From positions 2,880,001 to 2,944,000 of the forward strand of contig OY764159.1 of the NCBI GenBank assembly GCA_963668175.1: a stretch of 64,000 nucleotides of DNA, given 5' to 3'. Positions 42,380 through 53,064 of this stretch are shown piece after piece. Source of the stretch: Syntrophales bacterium. GTDB lineage: Bacteria; Desulfobacterota; Syntrophia; Syntrophales; PHBD01. Numbering within the stretch: position 1 is the first letter of the stretch; each line of letters begins with the position of its first letter. Made by a program: the position numbers and the translations under genes. The notes beneath the pieces are model-generated. The model did not search any database, had not been told where the DNA came from, and worked only from the letters and a program-made list of their open reading frames with translations.

Positions 42380-43201
42380 TCACGGCGTCTTGCGCCTGAA
42401 AAGGAGGATCATACTGCTGCGGTTTTCCTTGCCTGATAGGGGGCTCATGTCGATATCGAAATGCTCTTCTCCGACGGCATAATCCTTCACGCCGGATAAC
42501 GTCTTTCCGGACAGGCCGCTGTGGAAGGCCTCCATCACGATTTCCGGAAAGTAGTCGGCGATGTCGCCGCCCGCCGTTATCTGCCGCCCGTCGAAGGAAA
42601 GCCGGGACGCCGCGCCGTTGGTCAGGACGACGATACCGTGCTCGCTTACCCCGATGACCGGCATGGGAATATTGTCCAGGATCTCCCAGGACAGCTTGAA
42701 GAACTTGTTCTGGATTTCAAGCTCCTGATTCTTGATCCTGATGGTTTCCTCAAGCGACTCGCTGTAACGTTTCAACTCTTCGTTCTGATCCAGTATCTTC
42801 TGATGAAGCGACTTGTTCAGATGGATGAGTTCGTAATGCGCGAGGGCCGACTCGATTTCCATTTTCAATACTTCGTCGTTCCAGGGCTTCGGAAAGAATT
42901 TATAGATGTTGCCCCGATTGATGGCCTCGGTGATCATGCCTACATCGGAGAATCCCGACAGGACGATGCGGATGACGTCCGGATAGCGCCTCATGACATG
43001 GGTTAAAAACTCGGTGCCCGACATCTCCGGCATCCGCTGGTCGGAGACGACAACATGGACCTCGTGTTCCTCCAGCATCTTCAATCCCTCCGGACCGCTT
43101 GCCGCCGTGAGGACCCGATACTTTTCGTGTCCCAGGGCTCTCTTTAAAGCATTCAGAATGTTCTCCTCGTCGTCGACGAACAAGACGGTATGTTCGGTCA
43201 T
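42380..43201 (-). CDS. Response regulator (REC, coiled coil, degenerate PAS)
   Basis: VLFVDDEENIL, SDQRMPEMSG, AINRGNIYKFFPKPW. Confidence 0.9.
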   Translation of the reverse strand: MTEHTVLFVDDEENILNALKRALGHEKYRVLTAASGPEGLKMLEEHEVHVVVSDQRMPEMSGTEFLTHVMRRYPDVIRIVLSGFSDVGMITEAINRGNIYKFFPKPWNDEVLKMEIESALAHYELIHLNKSLHQKILDQNEELKRYSESLEETIRIKNQELEIQNKFFKLSWEILDNIPMPVIGVSEHGIVVLTNGAASRLSFDGRQITAGGDIADYFPEIVMEAFHSGLSGKTLSGVKDYAVGEEHFDIDMSPLSGKENRSSMILLFRRKTP

Positions 43202-43211
43202 GATGTCCTCC

Positions 43212-44078
43212 TCAGAATACTTCGCTCAATTTTTCGATCTCTTCCTCCACGGCCGGGCGCCAGGCGCCGAAATCGCCCAGAAGGGGTATGACCGTCGAAT
43301 ATCCCGGAAATCCCTTCAGGATCTCTTCGTTACCGGAATCCCCGAACTGGTGATTGACAATGATGTTGGCGGCATACGTACAGATATGCAGCCAGAAGTC
43401 GGATGCCGTCCTGGTCACATGGTGGTGATATTCGACGGCGTCGACGAGGCGTGCGGGAAACCGCCACTTCCGAACCAGATGTGCGCCGATGCCGGCGTGC
43501 GTGATCGGCAGGAACTTCTTTTCGGCCTCGGCAAAGGAAATGCCTTCCTCATGGCTGAGCTTCAACACCCGTTCGAATAATCCGGGCAGGTGCTCCTCCA
43601 TGATCAGCTTGCCCAGGTCGTGGATGAGGCCGGCGACGAAACAATCGTCCGGGGGCGCCATCCTCGCCCTTTCCGCCAGCCGCCTGCTCGTGACGGCCAC
43701 GGCCAGGGAGTGCTTCCAAAGGTCCCGGATGTCGAAATCGCCGAATTTCTCCTTCGTGCGGAAGATGTCGATCAGGGCCACCGTGGCGATGGAATTGCGG
43801 ACCGTGTTGAACCCCAGGATCAGGATCGCCTGCGATATATCCACGATCTTCGAGCGGAATCCGTAAAAGGAGGAATTGACCAGCTTCAATATCTTGGTCG
43901 TGATGACCTGGTCCTTTTCGATGACGTCCTGCATCCTCTTGTTGGATACGTCCGCCTTCTCAAGCATCCTGTTGATTTCCAGCAGGATATGGGGGATCGT
44001 CGGCAGGCTCGTGATGCTGTCGATCCTGGCAATGATGGTCCTCAATTCCACCGGCGGCTCTTCGCGTTGCTTTTCCAT
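43212..44078 (-). CDS. HDOD domain protein
   Basis: LPTIP, KILKLVNSSFYG, LWKHS, AGLIHDLGK, WRFP, HH. Confidence 0.94.
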   Translation of the reverse strand: MEKQREEPPVELRTIIARIDSITSLPTIPHILLEINRMLEKADVSNKRMQDVIEKDQVITTKILKLVNSSFYGFRSKIVDISQAILILGFNTVRNSIATVALIDIFRTKEKFGDFDIRDLWKHSLAVAVTSRRLAERARMAPPDDCFVAGLIHDLGKLIMEEHLPGLFERVLKLSHEEGISFAEAEKKFLPITHAGIGAHLVRKWRFPARLVDAVEYHHHVTRTASDFWLHICTYAANIIVNHQFGDSGNEEILKGFPGYSTVIPLLGDFGAWRPAVEEEIEKLSEVF

Positions 44079-44119
44079 ATGTGGTTATCCCTGTCCTTTC
44101 GTCTTCAGGTGCGCCGCAC

Positions 44120-45469
44120 CTATTCCCTCACGATATGAATGTCGTCCGTGATCGGATCGTTATCATGCAGGAGCTTGAGCTTGCGGATGATGCCCGGGGT
44201 CAGCAGGGCGTCCTGCGGCAGCAGGAAACGCCCGCTCGACGAATAGAGGGGCTTGGCCAGCTTCATCCCTTCCCGGACGTTCGCCAGCGACACCCGGAGC
44301 TCATGCATCAGGGATACCTTCCTTGTCTTGATCAGGGTGAGAAAGTGCTTGACGATCTCCGGATCGAAGGACTGGAAACTCTCCTTTTTCAGGTACGTCG
44401 CCGCCTCCTCCTGGAGGGCCTCTTCGTACTTCGTATGGGCCCGGGCCGCCTTCGCCGCCGCAACGGCCCCGCCCATGTTCACCTGGAGGTTGACGATCTT
44501 GTCGTAGGCGTCCGCCACCGCAATGATCTTCGCCCCCGTGGGTATCTCCTCGTCCTTCAGCCGGTCCGGATACCCTTCCCCGTCGTACTTCTCGTGGTGC
44601 GTCCGGATGAGGACGCCGACGTGGGTGAGCCTGTTGATGAAATGGATCGTCTCCTGCCCGTAAACCGGGTGGTTCTTGAAAGTGTTGCGCTCCTCCGTCG
44701 TCCACTCCTCCTCCTTGTATTCGAGAAGCTTCTGAGTGAAACCGAGCTTCCCGATGTCGTGCAGGAGCGCGGCGATCTCGATATGGACGATGTCGTTCTC
44801 GGGAAGACCCATCGCCTGGGAAAGCTCCCGGGCGGTCTGGCTGACGCGGCGGCCGTGACCCGCCAGTGTCGGGTTGAACCGGTCCGTCAGGGCGCCGAAG
44901 GACTTCACCGTGTTGAACAACCCCGATTCCAGCTCCCGGTTCATGTAAATCAGGGCCTCGTTCTTCTTCAGGATCTCCGCGGTCTTCTCCCGGACCTTGT
45001 TCTCCAGGCCGGCATTCAACTCCACAAGCTCCTCGTTCTGCTTCTTCGTCAGCCCCTGCAAACGCCGGTTCTCCATGACGAGCCCGTACTGCTCCAGGAC
45101 CTGGCGGACCTGGATGATCAGTTCGTCGTCCTTCCAGGGCTTCGAGAAATACCGGTGGACGCCGCCCTTGTTGATGGCGTCGACGATGGCCTCCATGTCC
45201 GAATATCCCGTGAGGAGGACCCGCATACTGTCCGGGGTGATCTTCCTGGCCTCCGCCAGGAACCGGTCTCCCGTCATCTCCGGCATGCGCTGGTCGGAAA
45301 TGATGAGGGAAAAGGGCGTCGCCGCTTCGCCGATCTTCTTCAGCCCTTCGCTTCCTCCCACGGCCGTCGCAATCTCGTAGTTCTCGTTCCGGAAGAGGCG
45401 CACAAGCGACCGCAGGATCGCCTCCTCGTCGTCCACAATAAGAATGGAATGTCTTGTCTTTTCTTCCAT
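44120..45469 (-). CDS. REC-HD-GYP cyclic-dinucleotide phosphodiesterase
   Basis: REC (SDQRMP, KPW), GHGRRV, LLHDIGK, HP, HHEKYDGEGYP, AVADAYD, FDP. Confidence 0.94.
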   Translation of the reverse strand: MEEKTRHSILIVDDEEAILRSLVRLFRNENYEIATAVGGSEGLKKIGEAATPFSLIISDQRMPEMTGDRFLAEARKITPDSMRVLLTGYSDMEAIVDAINKGGVHRYFSKPWKDDELIIQVRQVLEQYGLVMENRRLQGLTKKQNEELVELNAGLENKVREKTAEILKKNEALIYMNRELESGLFNTVKSFGALTDRFNPTLAGHGRRVSQTARELSQAMGLPENDIVHIEIAALLHDIGKLGFTQKLLEYKEEEWTTEERNTFKNHPVYGQETIHFINRLTHVGVLIRTHHEKYDGEGYPDRLKDEEIPTGAKIIAVADAYDKIVNLQVNMGGAVAAAKAARAHTKYEEALQEEAATYLKKESFQSFDPEIVKHFLTLIKTRKVSLMHELRVSLANVREGMKLAKPLYSSSGRFLLPQDALLTPGIIRKLKLLHDNDPITDDIHIVRE

Positions 45470-45501
45470 GATGCCGCTTTCTGTGCGGTCCCCGGCCGCC
45501 G

Positions 45502-48500
45502 TCAGCTGTTGAGATGGATCGGTATCCTGACGGTAAAGGTCGTTCCCGCACCGACCGTGCTCTCCACGTCGATGCTGCCGTTGTGCTTCTCGATGATGCT
45601 GTATGCAACGTGCAGTCCCAGGCCGGTGCCCTTGCCCACTTCCTTCGTGGTGAAGAAGGGGTCGAAGAGCTTCGGCAGATTCTCCGGCGGTATCCCCACG
45701 CCCGTGTCGGAAATCCCGATCTCGATGTATCCGCCATCGGACTTCGTCGATATCCGGATTTCCCCTTTATCCTTGATCGCCTGGGCCGCGTTGACCAGGA
45801 GGTTCATGAAGACCTGGTTGAGCTGCTGCGGGTACCCCAGCACGCGGGGGATGTCGCCGTAATCCTTGCGCACGGAGGCCTTGTACTTCAGCTCGTTCCA
45901 GACGATGTTGAGCGTCGATTCGATGTTTTCGTTGACGTTGAACGAGGTCTCCTTCTCTTCGCCGGGGTGGGCGAAATTTTTCAGGTCCTGGACGATGCGG
46001 GCAATCCTTCCCGTTCCTTCGCGAGATTCGGCGATCAGGGCCGCTGCGTCCTCGTAGATGTCATCCATTTTCAGCTTGGCCTCGAATTCTTTTATCTGTC
46101 GCAACCTGTCCATGACGGCTCCCGGGACCGGTTTCCCCGGTCCCAGTTCCTGAAGTTCCCGCATGATATCGCGGCTCATGTTGCACCCGGCGATCATATC
46201 GTTTACGTATTCGGACAACGTGTTCAGGTTGCTGCTGACAAAGGCCGTCGGATTGTTGATCTCGTGGGCCACGCCCGCGGCGAGCTTGCCGATGGAGGCC
46301 ATCTTCTCGGCCTGGAGAAGTTGGATCTGGGACATCTTCTTCGCGGTGACGTCTTCAAAGATGGCGACGATCTTGCCGCCGGCCGACTCCCCGGTCCGGC
46401 AGGACGTCACTTTGCAGACGATGTTCCTCCCGTCGCGGTGGCGGCAGTGAATTTCCGCCTCCCGGCGGGCCGGTGTTTCGTTTACGGTTTCGGATTGGAA
46501 CTGGCCGGTCAGGTCCCGGCATTCGTTTTCGTCCTGACAGAAGACGTCGAGCGTCCGGCCGATGAGTTCCTCCGGCTTCCAGCCGAAGACGGACTCCGCC
46601 GCATCGTTGACAAAAAGGATGCAGCTATTCTGAAGGCCGAGCACGACATGCGGGATGGCCGACATGATGGACGATTCCAGCGCCGTTATTTCCGCGAGCC
46701 TCGCCTGGGATTCCTTAAGGTCGGTCACATCGAGGGCGTTGCCGAGGATGGCCAGCCGGCCGTCGTAAACAATGGGGGTGAGGATTTGTGAAATCCAGCG
46801 GATACGATTCCCTTTGGTGACGATCCGATACTCGTAGGCCGTCGTGCGGAGCCCATTGAGCATTTCCTTTGCATATGCGGAGCACATAGCCTTGTCTTCG
46901 GGATGGATCATGATATCCGCATCCCGGCCGCGGATATCCTCCGTGTATCCCGTGTAGGCGATGGCGTTCTTGTTGATGAAACGGAATTTGCCGTCCTGCA
47001 CGATGAAGATGGCGCCCATGGAGCTTTCCGCCAGGACCTGATAGAGCGCTTCGGAGCGTTTGCGTTCGGTGATGTCGTGAACGATGGAGTGGATGAGCTT
47101 CCTGCCTTGAATGTCGATCGTACCGCTGTACACCTCCACATCCCGGATCGATCCGTCCGCCCTCCGATGGCGGAATTCAAAATACGTTTTCTCCCTGTTG
47201 CGGGCCTTTCCCAATTCCTTTTTTATATCTTCGGGAGAAAGCGTGTTGATCTCATGGATTTTCATCTGCAGGAGTTTTTCTTTCGGCCAGCCGTAGTATT
47301 TGACGGCCGCATCGTTCGCTTCGACGATCCCGCCGGAATCCGGATCAATGAGGAACTTGACGGCGGAATGATTTTCAAAGACGCTCCTGTATCTTTCCTC
47401 ACTCTCTCTCAGTCTTCCCTCGGACAGCTTGCGGTCCGTGATGTCCAGCATCGTTCCGATGGCGGCCGGTCTTCCCCTGTATACGGTGGAGGAACTGTGG
47501 ACCTCCATGTACCGGACGGCTCCCTGTTTGGTCCGTATCCTGAATTCGTAATGGACGTACTTGATTTCTCCGGACAATCTTTTTCTCAGGTATTCCTCAA
47601 CCAGCGGCCAGTCCTCGGGATGGATGACGTCCTTCGGCCCCATGACGCCCAGCATGTCTTCGATTTCGTATCCCAATATCCGGGCAAACGTCGCATTCAT
47701 GTACTGGTACCTGTCATCCTGGACCAGGTAGATGCCGACGATGGATTTTTCGGAAAGGTCTTTGAACTTCGTTTCCGATTCCCGCAGCGCCTCTTCGGCC
47801 TGACTGCGGTCGGTGATGTCCAGGACGGTTCCGATGGCGGCGGGCCGTCCACGGTATATGGTAGCGGAACTGTGGACCTCGATATATCTTACGTTTTGCT
47901 GTTTCGTGAGTGCTTTCAAAACGTAATGGGACGTTTTGATGGCACCGGATAGTCTCTTCTGCAGTTGTTCTTCTACGACGGGCAAATCTTCGGGAGCAAC
48001 GACATCTCTCGTTCCCAGCTTATCGAGCATTTCGTCGATTTCGTAACCGAAAATCCTTGCAAATGTCGCGTTCACGTATCTGAAAAGACCGTCCTGAATC
48101 AGGTAGATGCCGACGATGGATTTCTCGGATAAGTCCTTGAACTTGATTTCCGATTCCCGCAGCGCCTCTTCCGCCTGCCGGCGTTCGGTGATATCGATGA
48201 CGGCGCCCCTGAGCCCTACGGGCTTACCGTCTCCGTATATGACACTGGAAACGACGACGGCGGGAAAGACCTTCCCGTCCGGTTTGCTCAACATATATTC
48301 CGTTCCGCTTATCTTCTCGCCTTCCAGGAGCCGCCGCATGTTCCCGATGGATTTCTCCCTGTCTTCGGGGGATAAGAGACGCCAGACATTGAAGCCTTGC
48401 TTCAGATCGTTTTCGCTGCCGCCGAAGAGCTCGTAAACGGCACGATTCGCCGCTATCATATTGCCTTCCAGATCCATTTCGTAGACCGGAATCGGCAGGA

Positions 48501-49413
48501 AGTCGTACAATTCCCTGTATTTTTTTTCACTCCTGATGACTCTTTCCTGATTTTCCAGGCTCTCCGAAACATCGCGGGCGACGGATATGATGCCTACGAT
48601 CCGGCCGTAGCGTTTCATGGGCGCTCCGCTGACTTCGCATTTCCTCACCTTCCCGTCACGGGCGACGGCCTGATAAATCGTGGACGCGATCGTTTCGCCC
48701 TTCAGGACCAGACTCGTATCGGCCATGGCCCGCAGATAGGTTTCAGTGGTAAGGATTTTTCTCAAGCATGTAACGGGACGGCCGATGAAATCCTCCGGTT
48801 TATACCCAATAATCTTCTCTACGCTGGGGGATACGTTGACGATCTTGAGGTTCGAATCGATCAGGAAGACCGTTTCCGAAATATTCTCGAAACTCAGCTT
48901 GTACAAGTCTTCCATCAGCCTGAGTTTCCGATTGGCTTCTTCCAGATCCATCATCTTCTTTTCCAGCTTTTTGAAAAGGACTGCATTGTGCGGGCGGAAG
49001 AATTCCATCTCTTCGCCAAGCGGTCTGACCGCCGCGGTTTTCGGCACATAATCCTCGGCCAGCATCCGGTTGATCTTATCCATCAGGACTTCCGGCTCCT
49101 GCGGCTTGTTAAGGAACAGGTCTGCGCCGAGACTGAGCGCAAATGCCTCATCCATCGGTTCCGCAGTGTAAAAGATCAAGGGGATGTTTCCGAATCGGTC
49201 GTCCGCTTTCCATGCCCGGCACAGCTCATATCCGTCCATGACCGGCATCGGGATATCCGTTACCACAAGGCCGGGGGGATTGCGCCGCGCCTTGCGCAGG
49301 GCATCCCGCCCGTTTTGAGCCGTCGACACGGCCATATCGTGCTCCTTCAGAAGGGCTTCGAGCAGACGGAGATCGGCGCTGTTGTCGTCGACGATAAGAA
49401 TTCTCTTCTTCAT
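45502..49413 (-). CDS. Cytoplasmic REC-multi-PAS histidine kinase
   Basis: N-terminal REC, about seven PAS/PAC domains, AAGVAHEINNP, NLLVNAAQA, GTGLGL. Confidence 0.95.
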   Translation of the reverse strand: MKKRILIVDDNSADLRLLEALLKEHDMAVSTAQNGRDALRKARRNPPGLVVTDIPMPVMDGYELCRAWKADDRFGNIPLIFYTAEPMDEAFALSLGADLFLNKPQEPEVLMDKINRMLAEDYVPKTAAVRPLGEEMEFFRPHNAVLFKKLEKKMMDLEEANRKLRLMEDLYKLSFENISETVFLIDSNLKIVNVSPSVEKIIGYKPEDFIGRPVTCLRKILTTETYLRAMADTSLVLKGETIASTIYQAVARDGKVRKCEVSGAPMKRYGRIVGIISVARDVSESLENQERVIRSEKKYRELYDFLPIPVYEMDLEGNMIAANRAVYELFGGSENDLKQGFNVWRLLSPEDREKSIGNMRRLLEGEKISGTEYMLSKPDGKVFPAVVVSSVIYGDGKPVGLRGAVIDITERRQAEEALRESEIKFKDLSEKSIVGIYLIQDGLFRYVNATFARIFGYEIDEMLDKLGTRDVVAPEDLPVVEEQLQKRLSGAIKTSHYVLKALTKQQNVRYIEVHSSATIYRGRPAAIGTVLDITDRSQAEEALRESETKFKDLSEKSIVGIYLVQDDRYQYMNATFARILGYEIEDMLGVMGPKDVIHPEDWPLVEEYLRKRLSGEIKYVHYEFRIRTKQGAVRYMEVHSSSTVYRGRPAAIGTMLDITDRKLSEGRLRESEERYRSVFENHSAVKFLIDPDSGGIVEANDAAVKYYGWPKEKLLQMKIHEINTLSPEDIKKELGKARNREKTYFEFRHRRADGSIRDVEVYSGTIDIQGRKLIHSIVHDITERKRSEALYQVLAESSMGAIFIVQDGKFRFINKNAIAYTGYTEDIRGRDADIMIHPEDKAMCSAYAKEMLNGLRTTAYEYRIVTKGNRIRWISQILTPIVYDGRLAILGNALDVTDLKESQARLAEITALESSIMSAIPHVVLGLQNSCILFVNDAAESVFGWKPEELIGRTLDVFCQDENECRDLTGQFQSETVNETPARREAEIHCRHRDGRNIVCKVTSCRTGESAGGKIVAIFEDVTAKKMSQIQLLQAEKMASIGKLAAGVAHEINNPTAFVSSNLNTLSEYVNDMIAGCNMSRDIMRELQELGPGKPVPGAVMDRLRQIKEFEAKLKMDDIYEDAAALIAESREGTGRIARIVQDLKNFAHPGEEKETSFNVNENIESTLNIVWNELKYKASVRKDYGDIPRVLGYPQQLNQVFMNLLVNAAQAIKDKGEIRISTKSDGGYIEIGISDTGVGIPPENLPKLFDPFFTTKEVGKGTGLGLHVAYSIIEKHNGSIDVESTVGAGTTFTVRIPIHLNS

Positions 49414-50259
49414 GCTTCGCTCCTTTACGGATAGGAAGCTGATAGCCGATTCATGTTCCCGTACGGTTCATTGCCCGCAGCGACGGATAGCCAGGCGCCT
49501 TGATACGGACATGCAAACGATATGAAAAATCATGTCTTCTCTGTTTTCCCCTGCGATTTGAAACGAACCACGCTAGGGCTGCTTTTCCGGGTAACGGCTT
49601 ATCGGGACGGTCTTGCAGAACCATCCGGCGGAATTTTCCGTCTGTGCGGTATTTGTCCGTTGCGACTGGACAGTGTCTTAGAAGAAAGGACATGACGTAA
49701 CCTCGCCGTCGCCGGCCGCCAAGCCCTTATTGCCGCCGGTTCATGTTTAGAAACAGCATGTTATTCTGTTTCCGCGCCATGAACGGTGCGGCACAACAGA
49801 CATAGGGAAGAATCGGCGACCCGAACATGAGAAGCTCGACCGGCGGTTTACCGCCAAAGGCCGGGACAGGGACAGAGCGTTCATGCATACGAATCTTTCT
49901 TTTGTTCTTGATTTCCGACTCTTCATCGAATTGATGGCATGCAAAAGCGATGCCGAGAACTTAAAGCATAAGCGTCGAAGCCGGTCCCATGGAACACCGG
50001 TTCCGCGATGTCCGCGAGTCGCGCACCTTCCTTGCGCCCAGGAAAAACCGAAAAACGCATGTACGAAACGCCGCAAGACGGCACGTTTCGAATCATTTGT
50101 GGACTTTCAAGATATTAGGTGATATTTAATCGTTATTGACGCTCGACCTATCCGTCTCATTCTTTTCATGCCTTTCTTCTCTTCATCTTCTCGACTACAG
50201 GATCATCCGGACCGGGTAATTGTTTTAAACCCTCCATGCCGACTGGGGAGCAGTAAATC

Positions 50260-51108
50260 ATGCATCGGATATCCCGCATCCTGGCCGTTCCCTTTTTTTT
50301 CACCGTGTTGCTGGCATTGCTTATAACATTTCCGTCCCGGCTATTTGCCGCGGACGCCATTCGCATCAACGGCTGTGGAACCGGCCTGGACATGTTGAAG
50401 CCCCTTACGGAAGCCTACGCCAAAGTCTCGCGGGGCGTCTCTTTCAAGATGGAAAAACCGCTGGGAAGTTCCGGGGCGATCAAGGCGCTTCAGGCGGGAA
50501 TCCTCGACCTGGCCGTCTCATGCCGTCCCGTCAAACCCGAAGAAGCGGCCAGGGGAGCGAAGCCCATACCGTACGGCAAGACGCCCCTGGTCATTGTCAC
50601 CGATAAACGCGTTCCTTTGAAAAACATGACGGTCAGGGAACTGGAGGATATTTACGCCGGCAGAACGACGAAATGGCCCAACGGGGAAGCCGTCAGGATC
50701 ATTCTGCGTCCGAACGAGGAAACGGATACGAAGATTTTGAAGGGACTTTCGCCCGGCATGGCCGAGGCCGTCGACAGCGCTCACCGCCGCCCGGGAATGA
50801 TGATCGCCGTGACCGATCCCGAATCGAGCGAGGCGGTGTCAAGGACGATCGGCAGTATCGGGGCCTCCACGCTGACCGGCGTCCTTATCGATCGGTTGCC
50901 TAAGAATATGCTCAGTCTCAATGGCGTTGTCCCAAGCCTTAAAACCCTTGCGGACGGGACCTACCCGCTCGCCAAGGAAATCGTCTTCGTTACGGCGGGA
51001 GAACTCCCTTCCGCCGCCGCAAAATTCCTGCAATTCGTCTATTCGCGCAAAGGACGCGCCATTGCGGAGAAATCAGGAGTCCTGATCACCGCGGCCGCAG
51101 GCAAATGA
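50260..51108 (+). CDS. Periplasmic PstS-like (PBP2) substrate-binding protein
   Basis: Signal peptide, LGSSGAIKAL, DLAVSCRP, IYAG..KWPNG..IILRP, GTYPL. No ABC permease adjacent. Confidence 0.85.
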   Translation: MHRISRILAVPFFFTVLLALLITFPSRLFAADAIRINGCGTGLDMLKPLTEAYAKVSRGVSFKMEKPLGSSGAIKALQAGILDLAVSCRPVKPEEAARGAKPIPYGKTPLVIVTDKRVPLKNMTVRELEDIYAGRTTKWPNGEAVRIILRPNEETDTKILKGLSPGMAEAVDSAHRRPGMMIAVTDPESSEAVSRTIGSIGASTLTGVLIDRLPKNMLSLNGVVPSLKTLADGTYPLAKEIVFVTAGELPSAAAKFLQFVYSRKGRAIAEKSGVLITAAAGK

Positions 51109-52820
51109 CACCACGCACATTATCTTTCATCAGCATGTCATCCGTACTGACGGCCATCATCAGCATCGCCATGGCCGTGGGCATTCCATTAGGCTACTTC
51201 ATTGTCGCCTACCAGTATATGTCCGGACGCGTCCATACCGAGCTCATCTTTTCCGCAAGAGTTGTAGAATCGCTGGTCAATAACAATCCCAAAACATGGC
51301 AGTATGAGGAAATCCGCCTTCAGGAGATCCTGGAACGCCGCTTTGACGTTACGTCTCGCGAGAAGCGCCTCATCAGGGATATGCGCGGGAAAATCATCGC
51401 CCAGACGCCGGAAACCCCGACGGCTCCCGCTTTGACATTTCGTCAGCCCATTTACGATTCCGGCGAGGAAGTGGCGCAGATCGAGATGGAACGGTCGATT
51501 GCCCCGCTTCTTTCGCGAACGGCCCTGATCGGTCTCTTGTCCGCTCTCGCAGGAACGAGTATATTCCTGATATTCCGTTATTTCCCTCTGCGGGCAGTCC
51601 GGGAGGCTTATCTCAATTTAGCGGAAAACGAAAAACGCCTCTCGTTAGCCTTGGCTTCGGGAGATTTCGGCGTCTCGGACTGGACAATCGGGAAACATAT
51701 CATGATTTGGGACGGAAGGATGTACGACATCTTCGGCGTATCGAGGGATTCCGACGCATCGCCGATTGAAATATGGCGGAAGAGCCTCCATCCGGAAGAC
51801 CGCGAACGGATGCTGGAAGCCGTGAGGCCCAGAGCAATCGCCGCCAGAGGGTTCAATGCCGAATACCGCATCGTTCAACCCGACGGAAAAATAAGATATA
51901 TCAAGACCGACGGCATCCTGTTGATGGACGACGACGGCAAACCCGCAAGGCTGATCAGCTTGAACCAGGACGTCACCGCCGGGAAGTTGGCCCAGATTCA
52001 GTTGCTGCAGGCCGAAAAGATGGCCTCCATAGGCAAACTGGCCGCAGGTGTGGCCCACGAGATTAACAATCCGACGGCCTTTGTCAGCAGCAACCTGAAG
52101 ACGCTTTCCGAATACGCGCAGGACATCATAGCCGTGAAAGAACAATACAAGGCAATGATGGCGTCCTTGAAAACCCTGAAGCTTGAAGATTCCTGCCTGG
52201 ATGCGATTAAGGGGCATATCCGGCATATCGAAGAACTCGAATCCCGGCTGAATATCGATATGGTCATCGGGGATATCCTGGCCGTGATCTCCGAATCTCT
52301 CGAAGGCACCGGAAGAATTACCCGTATCGTCCAGGACTTGAAGAATTTCGCCCATCCCGGCGAGGAAAAAGAGAACATGTTCAACGTCAACGAGAATATC
52401 GAATCGACACTCGGCATCGTATGGAACGAACTGAAATATAAAACCGTGGTGCACAAGGATTTCGGCGACATTCCCAGGATGCGGGGCTATCCGCAACAAC
52501 TCAACCAGGTCTTCATGAACCTCCTCGTCAACGCGGCCCAGGCGATCAAGGAAAAGGGGGAAATCAGGATATCGACCCGCGCCGAAAACGGCTTTATCGA
52601 TATCAAAATCGCCGATACGGGCGTGGGGATTCCGCCGGAGAACCTGCCGAAGCTTTTCGACCCCTTCTTCACTACGAAAGAAGTGGGCAAAGGGACAGGT
52701 CTGGGACTGCACGTCTCGTACAGCATCGTCGAGAAGCATCACGGCACCATCACCGTGGAAAGCGAAGTCGGCGCGGGAACGACATTCACCGTGAGGATAC
52801 CGATCCGGACGACGGATTGA
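51105..52820 (+). CDS. Membrane PAS histidine kinase, translationally coupled to the binding protein
   Basis: ATGA overlap, two TMs, PAS, AAGVAHEINNP, HATPase. Confidence 0.94.
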   Translation: MTPRTLSFISMSSVLTAIISIAMAVGIPLGYFIVAYQYMSGRVHTELIFSARVVESLVNNNPKTWQYEEIRLQEILERRFDVTSREKRLIRDMRGKIIAQTPETPTAPALTFRQPIYDSGEEVAQIEMERSIAPLLSRTALIGLLSALAGTSIFLIFRYFPLRAVREAYLNLAENEKRLSLALASGDFGVSDWTIGKHIMIWDGRMYDIFGVSRDSDASPIEIWRKSLHPEDRERMLEAVRPRAIAARGFNAEYRIVQPDGKIRYIKTDGILLMDDDGKPARLISLNQDVTAGKLAQIQLLQAEKMASIGKLAAGVAHEINNPTAFVSSNLKTLSEYAQDIIAVKEQYKAMMASLKTLKLEDSCLDAIKGHIRHIEELESRLNIDMVIGDILAVISESLEGTGRITRIVQDLKNFAHPGEEKENMFNVNENIESTLGIVWNELKYKTVVHKDFGDIPRMRGYPQQLNQVFMNLLVNAAQAIKEKGEIRISTRAENGFIDIKIADTGVGIPPENLPKLFDPFFTTKEVGKGTGLGLHVSYSIVEKHHGTITVESEVGAGTTFTVRIPIRTTD

Positions 52821-53064
52821 GACAATAAACCTCGGTCAGCATTAAAGTTCCTTGATCGGTCAGTCCGTCCCGGAAGCGAAGTTATTCAGGCATTACCAGC
52901 GTTTCCTGTCGATTCATCATACGAATCGAAAAGTTTTGTAGAACAAACACATTAACAGAAGAAAAATCTGCGGCCTGACGGGATGAACAACTAAAGCGGA
53001 ATTTTTCCAGACATATCGCAAGACATGAAAGCCCTTATCGAGGGAGAGCAAAGGAGGCGAAACC

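Noticed and set aside
49414..50259. ncRNA or hidden gene in the 850-nt divergent intergenic region
   Set aside because: No recognisable RNA motif, repeat or credible ORF by eye. An Infernal/Rfam scan would be needed to exclude one.
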